Notes under the pieces: model-generated | Told to the model about the DNA's origin: nothing | The model's input: only the letters and a program-made list of their open reading frames with translations | The model's database searches: none | Shown here: piece after piece, positions 24,301 through 35,960 of the stretch | Layout: the number at the start of each line of letters is the position of its first letter | Numbering within the stretch: the first letter of the stretch is position 1 | Source of the DNA: Octopus vulgaris | Lineage: Eukaryota | Direction of reading: 5' to 3' | NCBI GenBank assembly: GCA_951406725.2 | Contig: OX597814.1 | Span: 152,892,001-152,956,000, forward strand | Length of the DNA: 64,000 nucleotides | Made by a program: the position numbers and the translations under genes

Positions 24301-27300
24301 TAAAGAGAAGTTAACAGTCATTGTGTGTTTCTGAACAGCTAATGTGTTATCATCAATGTTAATTTAACCTATTTCTATTAAATACTGCACGTTGTCACCT
24401 TAACTTCACCACACATACACACAAACTATCCATTTATAGGCTGTTTCATTTTGTCATGTGAGAACTTAAATGATTGCTTTTTAAATGTGAGTCAACTATA
24501 CCAATAAATAAAATTCATTTGACTGAACTTCTCACTCTTAAGTGTTTTGGAATAATGGTCCAACATATACTGACAATCTATTCTTGTATAAAATAAGGTT
24601 AGTAAAAAAAAACCAAAAAAACTATGATAAATTAAACAAAGTCAAGATAGGCGCAGGAGTGGCTATGTGGTAAGTAGCTTGCTTACCAACCACATGGTTC
24701 TGGGTTCAGTCCCACTGCGTGGCACCTTGGGCAAGTGTCTTCTACTATAGCCTTGGGCTGATCAAAGCCTTGTGAGTGGATTTGGTAGATGGAAACTGAA
24801 AGAAGACCGTCGTATATATGTATATGTATGTTTGTGTCAGTAGTTGTCCCCCCAACATCGCTTGACAACCGATGCTGGTGTGTTTATGTCCCTGTAACTT
24901 AGCGGTTCAGCAAAAGAGACCAATAGAATAAGTCCTGGGGTCGATTTGCTCGACTAAAGGCGGTGCTCCAGCATGGCCACAGTCAAATGACTGAAACAAG
25001 TAAAAGAGTAAAAAGAGAAAAGAGTATAGAAAACTATAATCTTTATTCTCTTTCCTTTCAGTCATGTGTACACACACACAGTTTCAAAGTCATATTTTTG
25101 CAGGTTAAAACTATTGCCAGCAACATTTAAAGCAACCTGCATGTTCTACATTGTGAATATTTAGTTAGACGCCGAAAATTCTGGGTCATACTAATCTAAA
25201 TCATTGTAATTTATTCTCCATCTAATTACAATATTCACAGTATCGAGCCACCCTTCTTCATTAATATCACTGCAACACAAATGTATTTACTGTATGCCAC
25301 TGCACACCAACGAAGAAGCCTCTCTGTTGCTAGAAATAGCAACCAAATCTCCATGCACTACTGTCATTAAAAAAAAAAACCCAGATAGGAAGGAAGGACA
25401 AATTGTATAACATGATCCTAGATAAACCTTGCCCTGAAGGAGGAATGGGATAATAGCTGTAGCTTCTTGATCAAGGAATTGAATTCATGAGAGCAGATGG
25501 GCTAGACAACATCACCTGTAGCCAATGGTACTAATGATTATAGCTCTCGTAAGCCAAGATATTAACTTCCATATAGTTGCTAGACTTGAACTTAGTGAAT
25601 GTGACTGCTGGGTTTCTCTTGGGTTGCACCCTTCTATCTTAGATGGTAAGTGGAAACGTTTGGTTTTACATCTATTTTTCCATGCTAGCATGGGTCAGAT
25701 GATCAGGTTATTGAAGCATTGTTTTTCAGCTAGATGCCTTTCCTAGCCCTAACCTTCAACTGTGAGAGATCTCTTATTCCACACAACTTCAAAGACATGA
25801 AGAGTGAACGGACAAGTAATTAACAGAAGTACAAACAATGCTATTCAAATATCATGAGTTTCTAATATACAGACACATACATGTGCATACATAAATGATA
25901 GGGTTTTATTGGCCCAAGACTATAGCACAAAACACTCGCTCAACAACATACCATGCAGTGGAAGAGAACTTCTTAATCCACACATCCATGCTGCCCATCT
26001 AATCAAATTAAAATGGTTTTAAGCCTTTTAAACTTGCCCAACAGAATTACAGACAGAAAACTATACAAATGCAAATCTAAAGAGAGAAGGATCAAAAACA
26101 TTTTCCATTTCTCAGCAGAGATGGTATTTGTTACTTGAGAACCATTACATTATTGAATATAGCATGAGATACATCATGTACTGTTCTGACAGTTTTAAAT
26201 TTACACTGGTCTTTTTCCATATTACTAATGCATAGAGACTCTACTTTTCAAGCTATGAATGTCAGCTTTGAAGCTACAAATCACCAGGATTACCAGTTTC
26301 ATGATGGGAAATTCTAGAATATGGCATTTATGTTCTTCAGTTTCTCTTTGAATTTGTTCTCAAAACAGACATAAACCGATTAGGAAAGAGGTGTTGGCAT
26401 TCAGTATTTCCTTGTGCATGATAAGCTTCAGTATTTTAAACATCTCATATGTGCATATAGACATAGTTGACTCATTTGAACAGGCATGTGATGAGAAAGC
26501 TTTCACTTCCTTGTTTGTTCAAGATGATAGCAATATTTTTAATCTTGTTGCTCAAATTATCACATGCAAGGAACACAAAGTTCACAGAAGTAATGGTTTT
26601 CACTCAAAGAGAAGTCATTATACAGGATGTCCCAAAAGTCACTGATGGTTTTCAATTTTTAATAACTTCCTTAAATTTGCAAATAAATGCATGAAATTTT
26701 GATACAATAATGGAAATTAATATGCAAATTTTGCAACATCACTACATCACATATGAAAAATGACATCGCTTAAATGGCAGCCATTTTCAGCATCGCATGC
26801 CCGTATTCTTTCCTAAACTTGCACCTTAACACCCTTAAGAGTTTCAGACCTCACATCCCTGATTTCTCTATTAATGTTCTCCTTCAGTTGCACCAGGGTC
26901 TCTGGGCTTTTGATGTAAACCCTCTCTTTCAGGTATTCCCACATGAAAAAATCCTGGCTAGTCAAGTCTGGGTAAAGTGAAGGCCAGTTGACATTGCTGT
27001 AGCAGATTATTCTTTCTCCAAAGCACTGCCTTAACAACTGCATTCTCTTCTGGTATGAGCAGTTGTCCTATCTTGCTGGAACCATGTGAGAGGTCTTCTT
27101 TGAATGGCCTTCACATTACCTAGACTCGACTAGCCTGGATTTTTTCATGTGGGGATACCTGAAAGAGAGTTTACGTCAACAAACCGGAGACCCTGGTGCA
27201 ATTGAAGGAGAACATCAATAGAGAAATCCAAGAAGTGGTGTCTGAAACTCTTGGTGGGTGTTATGGTGTAAGTTTTAGAAAGAGCACAAGTGTGTGAAGC

Positions 27301-30300
27301 CAAAAATGGCTGCCATTTAAGCGATGTAGTGGTATGGCAAAATTTGACTTATGCATATTAATTTCCATTATGTCTTTTATATTGTATCAAAACATTTCAT
27401 GCATTTATTTGTAAAGTTACAGAAATTATTATAAACTGAAATCCATCAGTGAATATTGGGGCATCTTGTATCTGCACAGAAAGCAAGTCACAACATCCAT
27501 ATACAAAAGAATCATGACATTCACACAGAAAAGACAAATAAATTAAGTGTAGTCTTAGTTTGGATACACTGAATTTGACTCCCCCCCCACTTGTCTAATA
27601 GCTAGGTTGTAATGATAACTACATTAGGTAAACTTCATAAAAGGTTACAACTCTTTGTTATTTGCCAGTCTAAAGCTGTCCACTCCAATACTCTTATCCT
27701 ATTTCACAGTGACTGGTAAAAAGTTTATTGCAGCAACATAGTAACATCTGGCCTATAATACATTGGAATTTCAAATCAGTTGACCTTATATAGTAGCTAC
27801 AAAAATGTTCACATTTTACTAAAACAAGCAAAGAGCAGTACACTGCTTCTTCCAGAGACTAATTAATTCTACCCTATTAACTTAATACTCCAAGTATTAT
27901 ATTTATAGCGATGAGCTGAACAATAAAACGAAATGCAGCTACTATTGTGTAATACAAGTAACTGTAGTTGCTTCAGTTTATATTTTTGTATTCCCAGCCA
28001 TTTCAGTAAATGCAGTGAGATACCAGCTCAAAAAGGTCTTGAGTTCAAAATCTTTTATGGATATTTTCATTGTATTGAAATCCATATGCTTAAATTCTAC
28101 ATATCTCATATGATTTAATTTATGATTTCAGGTTCGAAACTAGAACCAAACACTTACCCTTAAAAATCCTCTTAAGGAAAAAGAGGAAGGGATCAAGAGA
28201 CATTTGCAATAATTTTCCACAATTTAAAAAAAATTAAACTGAAAATGCTTTTCCAGGTCAGTATCTTATAGAGCAGATGGGAATTTTAGTTCTCAAACTT
28301 TGCCAGGTACCATGATGTAATAAACGGACTGCTAATTTTACTCTGTAAGTTACACAGAATTCCTCAGAGGAAAGAAACATTGAAAGCTCACTATACAGAT
28401 CCAAGATAATTTTATTCATGAAAAGGAGTAATTAAATAATAACCTAATGTTTTCAAGACAGATGCTGGGGGGAATCTATTCGAAAGATCCATGTAACACT
28501 GCATTTCATAACTAGCATTTCAAGTGAAATACATTGTTTAAATTGCTTTTGAAAATAACAAGAATTTGGAGGTATTTATTAAAATAACTTAATTTATTAG
28601 TATATTAAGCTGGTGTTTGCAAAATGTAACTTCACTATATAAGTCTCTTACATAAAATGATGATTGAGAAGGTTTTAATTTAAGCCAGATTATTCCCTCA
28701 AATGTAACATACCTCTGCCTTCAGTCATGTTTGTCTGTTTGTGAACAAGATATCTCAAGAACCGCTAGATGGATTTGGATGAAACGTTCAGAGATGTTTA
28801 GCTTCATGACTGGCATGGGCTGATTAGATTTTGGGATCGATCTGGTACTGAACAAGGATTCTGGATTATTTTGCTTGTTTTTTTTTTAACTTAATTTTTG
28901 AAAGTGGTCAGGTTCATTTTCAGTATTCTTGTTTGTGAGAGCAGTCGAGTTTATTTCAGATATTCTCATTTTAAAAATCATCTCTGGCTAATCAGAGAGG
29001 ACGCTGGTGTTGCCTTGGCAGAGGTTTGCGCTCTCTGAGTGCTCTTGTTTACATGGTTTTGAATTAATCATAACTTATCTCACAGCCCCCAGACTTCAAT
29101 GATTTATGTATTTAAAATGACATTGTAGGGTAGGGGTGAGAGGCTGAATCTGGCTGGTTTGAACATAAAACAGGTAGAATATATGGGTCAGATATGGCCT
29201 GTTTAAGATAGTTTTGTATCTTAGAACCAGGAGAGTTATCAAGAGAGATGGCATCAAAAGGTCATTGAATACTCTTTGTTAGGAACCAAAAATTGCCAAT
29301 AATAGCTAACTTTCATTTTTCTTTTGTAACTTATTCTTCAAGACTACATCACTTCTGAGTTTAATGAACCCATACTGGCATCTGTGCTCATGGAACGTAA
29401 AAAACACCATTCAAACATGGCTGATGCCAGTGCCACCTGACTGGCTCCCATGCCGGTGGCACATAAAAAGCATCCACTACACTCTCGGAGTGGTTGATAT
29501 TAGGAAGGGCATCTAAGATGTAGAAACCTTGCCAAATCAGATTGGAGCCTGGTGCAGCCTTCTGGCTTGCCAGTCCTCAGTCAAACTGTCCATCTACACA
29601 TTTCAACCTTATCAAGTGTGTTATTAGTGCATGTGTACATATTTCCAGATTGGATTTGAACAACTGTTTCTAAACTAAATGCAGGAGCGTTCTTATCCAC
29701 TAAGTCATTGACACATGTGCACCCTCTATCATAGGTGAGGTGTCAGCTGGACGGTTACACACAATCACATAGGTTTGTCTCGTGATAAGCTGCACATAAC
29801 ATGAACCTGAGTAGCGATGGAATGTTAATCATCAGCTTCCAAAAAATACTAATAAACACAACAATATACATAAAGTACTCTTCCTATTGTTCGAGTGCTT
29901 TTATATAACACGCGGACCCACACATGCACTATTGTTTAAAAGCAAACCTACAGGTACATATATGCATGATTCATCCATTCATTTATTTAACTATCCTTTA
30001 AAACTGAAAATAAACAATCCGCTTTACTAAATATACAATTTAGCCATACTGTGAAGACTAAAAAAAGTAAAAAATTGTTACAACATAAGTTATATCTCTG
30101 GTTAGTTTCAGGCTTTGTTAAATCTTTACCCCATCATCTGTCGCTTTTAGCAACTTATATTCAATACAACTTTGCTTATTTCTCAGTGAGGCCGTCAACA
30201 AACAAACAAAAATGTATACCTTACATTTCAAATTATCCAAGAAAATGTGTCGTGTAGCACACATGCAAAAGCATGCTTATACATGTACAAAAACACATTA

Positions 30301-32789
30301 GCCTGACTCTAAATTTATAATTACGGCGAGGCAGCTGGTAAATTGTATGATAAAATTGTTTTCTTTTGACAAGAGTAAAAGATTTCGAATATCCCAGAGT
30401 TTAAGCTCCGTAACAAAACTTTCAGGATGGAAAAATAAAGTTGGTCGATTCCTTTCACATGAAAAACAAACATACCTTGTTTTAAAAAAAGTTACGAAGA
30501 AACGATGTACCGGAGGAATGCATGCACAAAAGAATTGATCGAATTAGCTTGCATTTTGAGAACGTTTTGTTTTGGAGCGTAACATTCCGGAATACAAGAA
30601 AAATTTACTAGTATGGTTTGATTCCACATTTAGAAGTACGGTGAGAAGCTTGCTTCCCAACCACATGGTTCCGGATTTAGTCCCACTGCGTGACACCTTG
30701 AGGCTACTATAGCCTCGAGCCGACCAAAGCCTTGTAAGTGGATTTGGTAGACGGAAACTGAAAGAAACCCGTCGTATATATGTATACATGTGTGTATGTC
30801 TTTGTTCTCCACTACCACCGCTTGACAACTGGTGTTGGTGTGTTTACCTCCGCATGACTTAGCGATTCGACAAAAAAGGATCGGTAGACTAAGTACCAGG
30901 CCTAAGTCCTGGGGTCGATTTTGTTCAACTAAAACAATTCAAGGCGATGGTGCAACATAGCCGCAGTCAAATGACTGAAACAAGATAAACGGTTTAATAG
31001 GCCTCAAAATATCAAGTATATTTGCAAAGCCTGTTTCATCATAGCTAAAAACATGCTGCAATAACAAGAAAATAAGAGAAAGAAAAAGCTGGTGATGGGA
31101 TAAGGGAAAATAGAAAGGGTGAGGAGAAAGTGGATGTGATAAGACATTTAGAAGTTAAATACACCGCAAGGAAGAAAAAACGAGGGAGGGAGGAAGTATA
31201 CAAAAAAAGAGGAAGATTACACAAATCGTTTAGAGAGGAGAAAGAAAGATTGTGAAAGAAGAAAGACAAAGAAAAAAGAATAGTGAAATGATTTTTCCCA
31301 CCCTACAGAAAGCTGAATGAAATTTAACAATTCAAGCTACTCCTCAAAAGTTGAATTTTTTTTTTTAACCCATAAAAGCTAGAAAGTTACTACTATTGCT
31401 ACTACTAATATTTAACACAGCTACTATTATGGTTGTTGTTAACTGCTTACATAAAATAATAAAACACATCCTACGTAAAAGAGTGAAGGTGGGGAGAGAT
31501 AGACAGAAGGAAAAAAAAAATTATAAGAGATCGAAACACTGAGGTGGGAAGAGTGCGAGCATGTTAGTGTGTTTTACGTACGAAAATTCCAGTTGCTAAT
31601 GAATTTAAGCTTTCTCCTTAAGACTTTTGAAAGTATATCCCTGGTACATTTTTTCTAAGGCACTAAATCAACTGCCTGTAAAAGGTTATAAGGAGCGAAG
31701 ATAGATCAGACAGATCTACCCGAAAAATTAAGACAAAAAAACACAAGAGGAAGTTTCGGAAGAAGTTCCATACCTCGTGGTAAAAAGGAAAACTAATGAT
31801 TTTTGTCATTTTTTTTTTATTATTCCTGTGTTTCATACAACGGAATTTACAAACCTGACCCCCCACCTCCACTATTATATTTTTCATTTTTGTCCCATCC
31901 CCTATTCCTTCTGTAACCGGTGGAATGGAATTCTGCTTCAAGCACCCCTCATAACTATTTTTAGAAAATTTTTGCGAATTTGTATTCCTTTCCCAGGAGG
32001 CCTGGGATTCCTAATCAAAATACGCCAAACATAGAGCAGTCACCAACAGTGTTCCAGCATGTTCTTGGTTGTAGTGACTAAACTGAACTAAAACAACTGG
32101 CTGTGTGAATGGAAGTCTGTGTCTGTGAATGAGTACACATGTATTATCACTAGGGGCAACAGTTGGTTGAAAGGCTGTCAGTTTGTGTTCGGAAGTCGGC
32201 TCAGAGATTTCAACTCAATCCGGCTAACCTACCCACTCGTAAATACAAATTGCTGATGTAAGCATTAATAGTATCGTAAACATTTACTTATTTCCTATCC
32301 GAACGAGTGAAGAATTTATATGATCGCTCAAGCGAATAACAATAACCAAATCACCTTAAAATCACTTCGTACCATTTTCATCTCTATAAAAGCTGGGAGA
32401 TCATCCGAAAGTAAGTTTGCTCGATAATAGTTAACCTGGAACTATACATCATTTTCTTCCTTCACTCAGAGACGAAAAAAGACAAGAGCTGAAATATTAA
32501 ATTCTATACCCCTCAGCAAAACAACTGTTTCTTTAGTTTTCGAGTGTAACCAGTGATTGAAGTCTCTTGGGAACTGCTAATTAGAATTGCAATAGAAGAT
32601 ACAAAAGGTAAGATGTGCTACAAAATCAATGGAAATAATATACTAACCTTTTAAGTATAGCATAAAATCCTTGTTGCTATGGCTGTAACTTATCATTAAA
32701 TCACGGCTGACTGGACGTATTGTAATTGGAGGGTGTTGAGATTTTTCTTTTCTGTACACAGGAGGACAACGGGATATTTTATGTCCCAT
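10293..32789 (-). CDS. Spliced gene: TIR domain + Cbl-type EF-hand-like region + HEAT repeats, 430 aa (9 coding exons)
   Basis: join(32648-32789, 23451-23554, 19712-19857, 18941-19053, 16709-16832, 14985-15124, 13622-13753, 11933-12173, 10293-10443) = 1293 nt, open from ATG to TGA; every intron is GT-AG and phases 1,0,2,1,2,1,1,2 all match. Confidence 0.92.
10925..11248 (+). mobile_element. RTE-tail retroposon (family C)
   Basis: Repeated ggtggcacgtaaaa units, gagtggttggcattaggaagggcatccagctgtagaaac, tail gcggatgttaaacaatgatgatgatg. Confidence 0.75.
11933..12173 (-). CDS. TIR-HEAT gene coding exon 8 (HEAT repeats)
   Basis: tttaaag|GT AAA...TTA TG|gtaact; (S)KFKSREVVDALIYLVTNDEEPNVRTVAAICLAQTGANDDITIQALIDVLEDKDRLVREAGCLALGRSQAHKAVPTLLEL with L..D....VR..A...L HEAT signatures. 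Confidence 0.93.
13622..13753 (-). CDS. TIR-HEAT gene coding exon 7
   Basis: ttatcag|AA TTT...CTT A|gtaagt; (E)FCTVDGIVSSLWQRIEEQARESYAMKEVFNINSHVRVEAIENL. Confidence 0.9.
14985..15124 (-). CDS. TIR-HEAT gene coding exon 6 (EF-hand-like)
   Basis: atgcag|A TTT TGG...ATT G|gtgagt; (Q)FWYDLTCDYQGLFSAYTPDDQNWLKSILRWEMHITRDGCLKRDKFI. Confidence 0.9.
15553..15711 (+). mobile_element. RTE-tail retroposon (family C), well preserved 3' part
   Basis: gagtggttggcgttaggaagggcatccagctgtagaaac...gcggacgttaaacgatgatgatgatgatgatgatg. Confidence 0.75.
15836..16215 (-). mobile_element. SINE family A
   Basis: Reverse complement of the 4290/24650 element, full length. Confidence 0.85.
16709..16832 (-). CDS. 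TIR-HEAT gene coding exon 5 (linker and start of EF-hand-like region)
   Basis: ttacgtag|AC AAG...AAT CA|gtaagt; (N)KSNAESKRPQRSTKIYNKQNLETPIDYWDRKYTENQIDWN. Confidence 0.88.
18351..18660 (+). mobile_element. tRNA-derived SINE, distinct family
   Basis: Head ggaggtgcaatggcccagtggttagggcagc..actcgcggtcgtaggatcgcgacttcgattcc has A-box/B-box similarity; tail ggtcacggtgatcacggt; a related decayed head lies near 61337. Confidence 0.65.
18941..19053 (-). CDS. TIR-HEAT gene coding exon 4 (end of TIR)
   Basis: ttcacag|G AGA CTC...AAC A|gtaagt; (M)RLKLAGMQWYKFLDKERYPETMNELLRDIKAVLNSIN, matching the TIR L...QW..F motif and last helix. Confidence 0.92.
19712..19857 (-). CDS. TIR-HEAT gene coding exon 3 (TIR catalytic helix)
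   Basis: atgacag|GTG TTC...GGG AT|gtaagt; VFISIVSETSIHSKFCKDELSLAYISNKSIFPVSISSDENLLSAMDTG; S..C..EL motif with the Glu codon at 19801-19803. Confidence 0.93.
21698..22622. repeat. Minisatellite, 22-23 bp unit (gagtatgcatatgcatgaaaag and variants), about 40 copies
   Basis: Directly visible tandem array with recurring variants (ataagc, gcagg, aaacaaa, aaatgaa); no unique spacers. Confidence 0.95.
23451..23554 (-). CDS. TIR-HEAT gene coding exon 2 (TIR BB-loop)
   Basis: tatttag|AT ACT...AGT AAA|gtaagt; (D)TLEKNNISVWVDTADIGAGVDFLKKIGQAIIESK, matching TIR V(W/F).D...I..G......I..AI..S. Confidence 0.93.
23680..24042 (-). mobile_element. SINE family B with a partial tandem duplicate
   Basis: Minus strand aaggcggtgagctggcagaaatgttagc...gagttcaaattc...ctttt/gcctttcatcc...ggggtcgataaattaagtaccag...cccttgtggg..ataaagaaata; 23680-23810 repeats part of 23810-24042. 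Confidence 0.8.
24650..25025 (+). mobile_element. SINE family A
   Basis: Full-length copy ggcgcaggagtggc...gactgaaacaagtaaaagagtaaaagag. Confidence 0.85.
26623..27468. mobile_element. Tc1/mariner-superfamily foldback derivative made of two inverted 3' ends
   Basis: TA|caggatgtcccaaaa...ttggggcatcttg|TA; arms of about 350 bp are reverse complements. The left arm (minus) encodes WFQQD..TAH and WPSLYPDLTSQDFFMWEYLKERVY; the right arm (plus) encodes LDFFMWGYLKE. Confidence 0.85.
28710..29049 (+). mobile_element. Helentron-associated (DINE/HINE-like) non-autonomous element
   Basis: Subterminal inverted repeats acctctgcc / ggcagaggt, tttgtctgtttgt microsatellite-like tract and 3' hairpin gcgctctctgagtgc followed by T-rich end. 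Confidence 0.6.
30640..30990 (+). mobile_element. SINE family A (diverged, CpG-retaining)
   Basis: Same body and tail as the other family A copies. Confidence 0.75.
32648..32789 (-). CDS. TIR-HEAT gene coding exon 1 (start, TIR box 1)
   Basis: tttttatttag|ATG GGA CAT...AAA G|gttagt; MGHKISRCPPVYRKEKSQHPPITIRPVSRDLMISYSHSNKDFMLYLK with TIR D..ISYSH motif. The ATG directly follows an acceptor, implying an upstream exon. Confidence 0.9.
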
Positions 32790-33669
32790 CTAAATAAAAA
32801 GATTTTTTAAAGAGAAAAAAAAAATTGTGATTATCAAGTAAAAAAAAAAAAAAAAGACTTGACAGAAAGAGAAAATTTCCTGAATGACTGGAAGAACGGG
32901 AAATAAGGTTAGACATACAGGAAGAGAAAAAGAAAAGAGGAAAGAAAAATATAGGAAGAGAAGAAAAGTTACACAAAAGAAGATAAGTTTTCTGTTTTCA
33001 AAATTTGGGATTCTCACTGAGAATAAGACTAATTACAAACATCGAAAGATTAAACACAAGTTTATAATGTAGAAAAAGTGATTATTATAATGTTATTGAA
33101 ACTTAAAAAGTACTTTTAAAACTAAAATCAAGCTTTCCTTTTAATCGATGTTGACTATCTTTCATTTTTCCGGGGCTGATAAAATAAATCAACAATTAGG
33201 GGTAAAATGACTAGAAGGAAATCATAAGTAAAAAAAAAAAAATTCATACTTTTTGTGCGTGTATACTCAGTAGATGACAAGCAGAATAACTGGGAAAATA
33301 CAATCGGGTTTTAAATAGAGAGAAAGTTTAAATAGAGAGAAAGTTTTGTGCCACCTACGCACAAAATTAAAATATGTGGCCAATGGTAAGTGGCCGGAAG
33401 CAGTAAGATAAACAAAAGGAAAGAACAACAAAAATGATAATGAACTAAGGTCGTCTATTGGACTAGAAAGTTGCGAGTTTTTCTACCTTACTATTTAAGT
33501 TTTATTGTCACGCCTTTATTGACAGCGATCCATTTTTACACTCGTCCATACGTCCAGCCACCTACGCATTCAGAAGAGCCCCCCTCTACAGAGGAAACCC
33601 ACATTAAATGAATAACATCCAAGTACATTGTTCAGCAAATATGCGGTATTTGTGGGGGAATAATAATTC

Positions 33670-34350
33670 TTTCTGTTGCAGGCACAAGTTCTGAAATTAT
33701 GGGGTAGGAGGTTAGTCGGTTTGATCAACTCCAGTGCTTGACTGTTACTTGTTTTATCGAACGCAAAATGATGAACGGCAAAGTGGACCTCGGCAGAATT
33801 TGAACTCAGAATGTAAAGACGGACAAAATGCCACTAAGCATTTTAACCGGCATGCTACTGGCAGAAACGTTAGCAGGCCGGGCGAAATGCGTAGCCGTAT
33901 TTCGTCTGCCGTTACGTTGTGAGTTTCAAATTCCGCCGAGGTCGACTTTGCCTTTCATCCTTTCGGGGTCGATAAATTAAGTACCAGTTACGCACTGGGG
34001 TCGATATAATCGACTTAATACTTCGTCCTTATTTGTCCCCTCTATGTTTAGCCCCTTGTGGGTAATAAAGAAATATATAATTTAGGCACAAAGCCCACGA
34101 TTTTTAGAGAATGAGGTGGGAGGGGGGGTCGATGTCATTAGGCCCAGTACTCGACTGGTACTGTACATTATCGAACCCTGGAAAGATTAAAAGGCAACAC
34201 TGACACCGGCGTGATTTGAACTCAGAACGCACAGCCGAGCACGAGATTTTCCCCGACGGACGTACAATTCTGCCAATCCATTACCTCTAAGTAATCCTTC
34301 CTATAACAGGCACACGGAGGGGAATCGTCGACTACATCGACCCCAATGCA
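33670..34350. mobile_element. Cluster of SINE family B copies in alternating orientation
   Basis: Minus copy about 33670-33855, plus copy 33858-34073, minus copy about 34085-34285, plus a further fragment. Confidence 0.75.
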
Positions 34351-34749
34351 CAACCAGTGGCGAAGCTAATTTAAGGGTACCGTTTAAAAAATGAATAATC
34401 AATAAGTTAAAAATTGTTTGGTATGTGTCACGACACCTGTTCTCTTTATATGCTCGCTCTCCATAACTTTAGAACCTGGTTAAGTCTTCATCGCCATCTT
34501 TTATCTCTTACTTAGTTTCATTCATCAGTCTGCGGCCACGCTAGGGCACCACCTTGAAGAATTTTAGTACTTTTTAAGCCTTATTCTATCGTCTCTTACA
34601 CCGAACCGCTAAGTTAAGGGGACGTAAACACACACACAATATATATATATATATATATACACTAGCGTAGCTAGAGTGTGTGTCACCCGGGGCGGACTGC
34701 CCTCACCCCCAGCTGCACAAGGGTGTGTGTGCATGTGTATATATATATA

Positions 34750-35115
34750 TTCTTTTATTTGTTTGTCATTTGACTGCAGCCGTGCTGGAGCACCATCTTT
34801 AGTCGAACAAATCGACCACAGGACTTATTCTTTGTAAGCCTTAGTACTTATTCTATCGGTCTTTTTTGCTGAACCGCTAAGTTGCGGGGACGTAAACACA
34901 CCAGCATCAGTTGTCAAGCGACGGGGGAACAAACACAAGCAAACAAACATATATATATACGACGGGCTTCTTTCAGTTTCCGCCTACCAAATCTACTCAC
35001 AAGGTTTTGGCCGGCCGAGGCTATAAGAAGATGCCCAAGGTGCCACGCAGTAGAACCGAACCCGGAACCATATAGTTGGGAAGCAAGCTACTTACCACAC
35101 AGTCAGTTAAGCTAG

Positions 35116-35149
<34 letters not shown>

Positions 35150-35285
35150 CATCTACCAAATCAGTTCACAAGGCTTTGGTCGGCCCGATGACATAGTAGA
35201 AGAAACTTGCCCAAGGTGCCACGCAGTGGGTCAGAACCCGGAAACATGTGACTGAGAAGCAAACTTCTTACCACACAGCCACGCT
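34750..35285 (-). mobile_element. Two SINE family A copies (one near full, one partial)
   Basis: Reverse-complement matches to the family A body and head, separated by (TA)n. Confidence 0.75.
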
Positions 35286-35960
35286 ACATACCTATAAATA
35301 ATTATAAGCGCCAGAAGGCGACGAGTCGGCAGTACGCCGGGCAAAATGCTTAGCAGCATTTCGTCCGTTTGCACGTTTTGAGTTCAAATTCCCCCGAGGT
35401 CGATAAAATAAGTACTAGTTGAACATTGAGGTCAATGTAATCGACTTATCCCCTCGCTCGCCCACCCCAAATTGCTGGTTTTGTGCCAAAATTTGAAACC
35501 ACTTCGGGAAAGAGTCTTCTAAGCATTGAGTCGACCAAAACCTTGAGTCGAAATTTTTCAGAAACCCTTTAGAAGGACCGTTTCTGTTTTCGAGTCGTAG
35601 GGCGATCCTTCGGTATAAGAACACACGTGGCTTTGTTTACATTTCTGAAGATAACAGAAACCCTTTTCTCCCACCCCTAACCGTAACCCTCGCCCCCATA
35701 TATATATATATATATATATAAAACACTTTCTTGAAATGTATACGGTACTTCCGGTACTTATACCGAAGTTACGCCGATGAGGCCTTTTCTTTTGCCACTC
35801 TCAGAGATCTTGAAAAGGTGTGGGTACTACCCAAACAGATAAAGACTTCTTTTTTTATGGCTTAAGGAAAAGCCGGACAAGAATGTCAGTTATGTCGAAT
35901 ATATCATTAATCAAAAGCAGAAAACCCGAGAGCGGAAGAAAAAAAAAGAATATCGCATAC

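Noticed and set aside
10293-32789. Naming the gene SARM1, MyD88 or a TLR
   Set aside because: No SAM, death, LRR or transmembrane segment is visible and the domain order is reversed relative to SARM1, so no symbol was assigned.
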